From the NCBI RefSeq assembly GCF_009914755.1, contig NC_060947.1: a DNA stretch of 64,000 bases. One strand, written 5' to 3'. This DNA comes from the human T2T-CHM13v2.0 reference genome, Homo sapiens. Shown here piece by piece: positions 61,701-64,000 of this stretch. The position numbers were made by a program, and so were the translations under genes. The notes below the pieces were generated by a model. It made no database searches, was not told the origin of the DNA, and saw nothing but the letters and a program-made list of their open reading frames with translations. Numbering within the stretch: position 1 is the first letter of the stretch; each line of letters opens with the position of its first letter.

Positions 61701-64000
61701 TACAAAAAGAGTGTTTGCAAACTGCTCTATCATTAGGAATGTTCAACTCTGGGAGTTGAATGCAATCATCACAGAGCAGTTTCTGAGAATGCTTCTATGT
61801 CGTTTTTAGGAGAAGATATTTCCTTTTCCAACACAGTCCTCCAAGCCCACTAAATATCCACTTGCACATTGTAGAAAAAGTGTGTCGAAGCTGCGCTATC
61901 AAAGGGAAAGTTCAACTCTGTGAGGTGAATGCAAACATCCCAAAGAAGTTTCTGAGAATGCTTCCGTTTAGCTTTTAGGTGAAGATTATCCCGTTTCCAA
62001 CGAAATCTTCAAAGAGGTCCAAATATCCCCTTGCGGATCCCACAGAAAGAGTGTTTCGAAACTGCTGTTTCAAAAGGAATCTTCAACTCTGTGAGTTGAA
62101 TGCAATCATCACAAAGAAGTTTCTGACAATGCTTCTCTCTCGTCTTTCTGTGAAGATAAAGGAAAAGGCTTTCAGGCCTTTTCCACCACAGGCCTGAAAG
62201 CGCTCCAAATGTCCACTTGCAGATTCTACCAAAAGAATATTTCAAAACTGCTCTATGAAAAGCAATGTTAAACTCTGTGGCTCGAACACAAACATCACAA
62301 AGCAGTTTCTGAGAATGCTTCAGTTTAGTTTTTCTGTGGAAATATTCCCGTTTCGAAAGAAATCTTCAAAGAGGTCCACGCATCCACTTACAGATTCTAC
62401 AAAAAGACAGTTTCAAAACTGCTCAATCAAAAGGAGGGTTCAACCGTGTGACTTGAATGCAATCATCACTCAGAAGTTTCTGAGAATGCTTCTCTTTAGT
62501 TTTTACGTGAACATATACCCGTTTCGAACGAAGGCCAGCCAGTGGTCCAAATATCCACTTGCAGATTCTACAGAAAGAGTGTTTCGAACCTGAACTCTCA
62601 AAGGCAGGTTCATCTCTGCGAGTTCAATGCATTCATCATGAAGAACTTTCTCAGCGTGTTTGTGTTTAGTTATGGGAAATTATTGCCATTTCCAACGAAA
62701 TCCTCATAGAGGTCCAAATATCCACCTGCAGATTCTACCAAAAGTGTATTTGGAAACTGCTCCATCAAAAGGCATGTTCAGCTCTGTGAGTGAAACTCCA
62801 TCATCACAAAGAATATTCTGAGAATGCTTCCGTTTGCCTTTTATATGAAGTTCCTTCCTATACTACCGTAGGCCTCAAAGCAGTCCAAATCTCCATTTGC
62901 AGATTCTACAAAAAGAGTGATTCCAATCTGCTCTATCAATAGGATTGTTCAACTCCATGAATTGAATGCCATCCTCACAAAGTCGTTTCTGAGAATGCTT
63001 CTATCTAGTTTTTATGTGAAGATATTTCCTTTTCCACCACAGGCCTCAAAGCCCTCCAAACGTCCACTTGCAGATTCTCGAAAAAGAGTGTTTCATAGCT
63101 GCTCTTTCAAAAGGAAAGTTCAACTCTGGGAGTTGAATACAAACATCACAAAGTAGTTTCCGAGAATGCTTCTGTTTAGTTCTTATGTGAAGATGATCCC
63201 GTTTCCAGTGAAATCTTCAAAGAGGTCCACATATCCCCTTGCAGATTCCAAAGAAAGAGGGTTTCAAAACTGCTCCATCAAAAGGATTGTTCAACTCTGT
63301 GAGTTGAATGCAGTCATCGCAGAAAACTTTCTGAGAATGCTTCTGTCTAGGTTTGAGGTGAAGATATAGACGTTTCAAACGAAGGCTACAAAGTGGTCAA
63401 AATATACACTTGCAGATTCTACTACAAGGGTGTTGCAAACCTCAACTATCAAAGGAAGGTTCAACTCTGTGAGTTGAATACAAACATCACAAAGAATGTT
63501 CTCAGTTTGCTTCTGTTCAGTTATGGGAAGTTGATCCCGTTTCCAACGAAATCCTCAGAGAGGTCCAAATATCCCCTTGCAGATTCTACAAAACGTGTGT
63601 TTGGAAACTGCTCCATCATAACGAATGTTCAGCTCTCTGAGTTAAACTCCATCGTCACAAAGAATTTTCTGAGAGTGCTACCGTCTGGTTTTTATATGAA
63701 GTTCTTTCCTTTACTACCACAGGCCTCAAAGCGGTCCAAATCTCCAGTTGCAGATTCTACAAAAAGAGTGTTTGCAAACTGCTCTATCAAAAGGAATGTT
63801 CAACTCTGGGAGTTGAATGCAATCATCACAGAGCAGTTTCTGAGAATGCTTCTATGTCGTTTTTAGGAGAAGATATTTCCTTTTCCAACACAGTCCTCCA
63901 AGCCCGCTAAATATCCACTTGCACATTGTAGAAAAAGTGTGTCGAAGCTGCGCTATCAAAGGGAAAGTTCAACTCTGTGAGGTGAATGCAAACATCCCAA

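Larger units (their letters stand above)
1..64000. repeat. DXZ1: Alpha-satellite higher-order repeat array, 12-mer 2,057-bp HOR, consistent with human X centromere DXZ1 (suprachromosomal family 3)
   Basis: ~171-bp periodic alphoid motifs (TTCAACTCTGTGAGTTGAATGCA, TTTCTGAGAATGCTTCT, TCCACTTGCAGATTCTACAAAAAGAGTGTTT) run throughout. Equivalent ORF starts step by exactly 2,057 bp (271, 2328, 4385 ...) except for two 2,056-bp steps. One GGATCC per unit. A ~2.0-kb BamHI 12-mer is the established DXZ1 signature. Confidence 0.97.

Noticed and set aside
271-63866. About 200 short ORFs (64-195 aa) recurring in each HOR
   Set aside because: A 171-bp monomer is 57 codons, so frames stay open by chance. 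The peptides are self-similar satellite translations, many start at GTG, stops are gained and lost at random between copies, and no domain is recognisable.
1-64000. CRISPR-like or other repeat-spacer system
   Set aside because: There are no unique spacers; the sequence between conserved motifs is itself periodic at 171 and 2,057 bp, and no cas-like ORFs are present.
1-64000. Mobile element insertion, inversion or truncated/extended HOR structural variant
   Set aside because: The period is constant at 2,057 or 2,056 bp from end to end and all CENP-B boxes lie on the same strand. I saw no poly-A tail, target-site duplication or non-alphoid sequence.
1-64000. Possibility that this is a computationally generated centromere model sequence
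   Set aside because: Rare variants stay linked over more than 10 kb in ordered multi-HOR duplications, which a short-memory monomer model would not be expected to produce. A real long-read assembly is more likely, though not proven.

Overview
The whole 64 kb window is one uninterrupted, single-orientation tandem array of primate alpha-satellite. It is built from a 2,057-bp higher-order repeat (HOR) of 12 monomers of about 171 bp, giving about 31.1 copies and about 373 monomers. The unit length, the single BamHI site per unit and the internal pentamer structure match DXZ1, the active array of the human X centromere (established knowledge; not database-checked here). There are no credible genes: every ORF in the track recurs at the HOR period and is a satellite translation. 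I saw no transposon insertion, inversion or monomer-deletion HOR variant, and no new gene-encoded system. The interesting signal is in the variant pattern. HORs are numbered H1-H31 from ORF-track starts 271, 2328, 4385 and so on. (i) A 6-HOR (12,342-bp offset) tandem duplication. (ii) A recurrence of the window start at a 15/16-HOR offset, with chimeric units. (iii) A switch between two HOR haplotype domains at about 40.3-41.9 kb. (iv) A near-identical run of about 3.7 HORs at 45.2-52.8 kb, abutting a hyper-diverged 2-kb tract. (v) A 16-kb zone with about half the intact CENP-B boxes. (vi) A 15-bp net insertion in one monomer made of inverted copies of neighbouring sequence, which creates two mutually exclusive hairpins in nearly every HOR. 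All variant calls were made by eye and need alignment to confirm.
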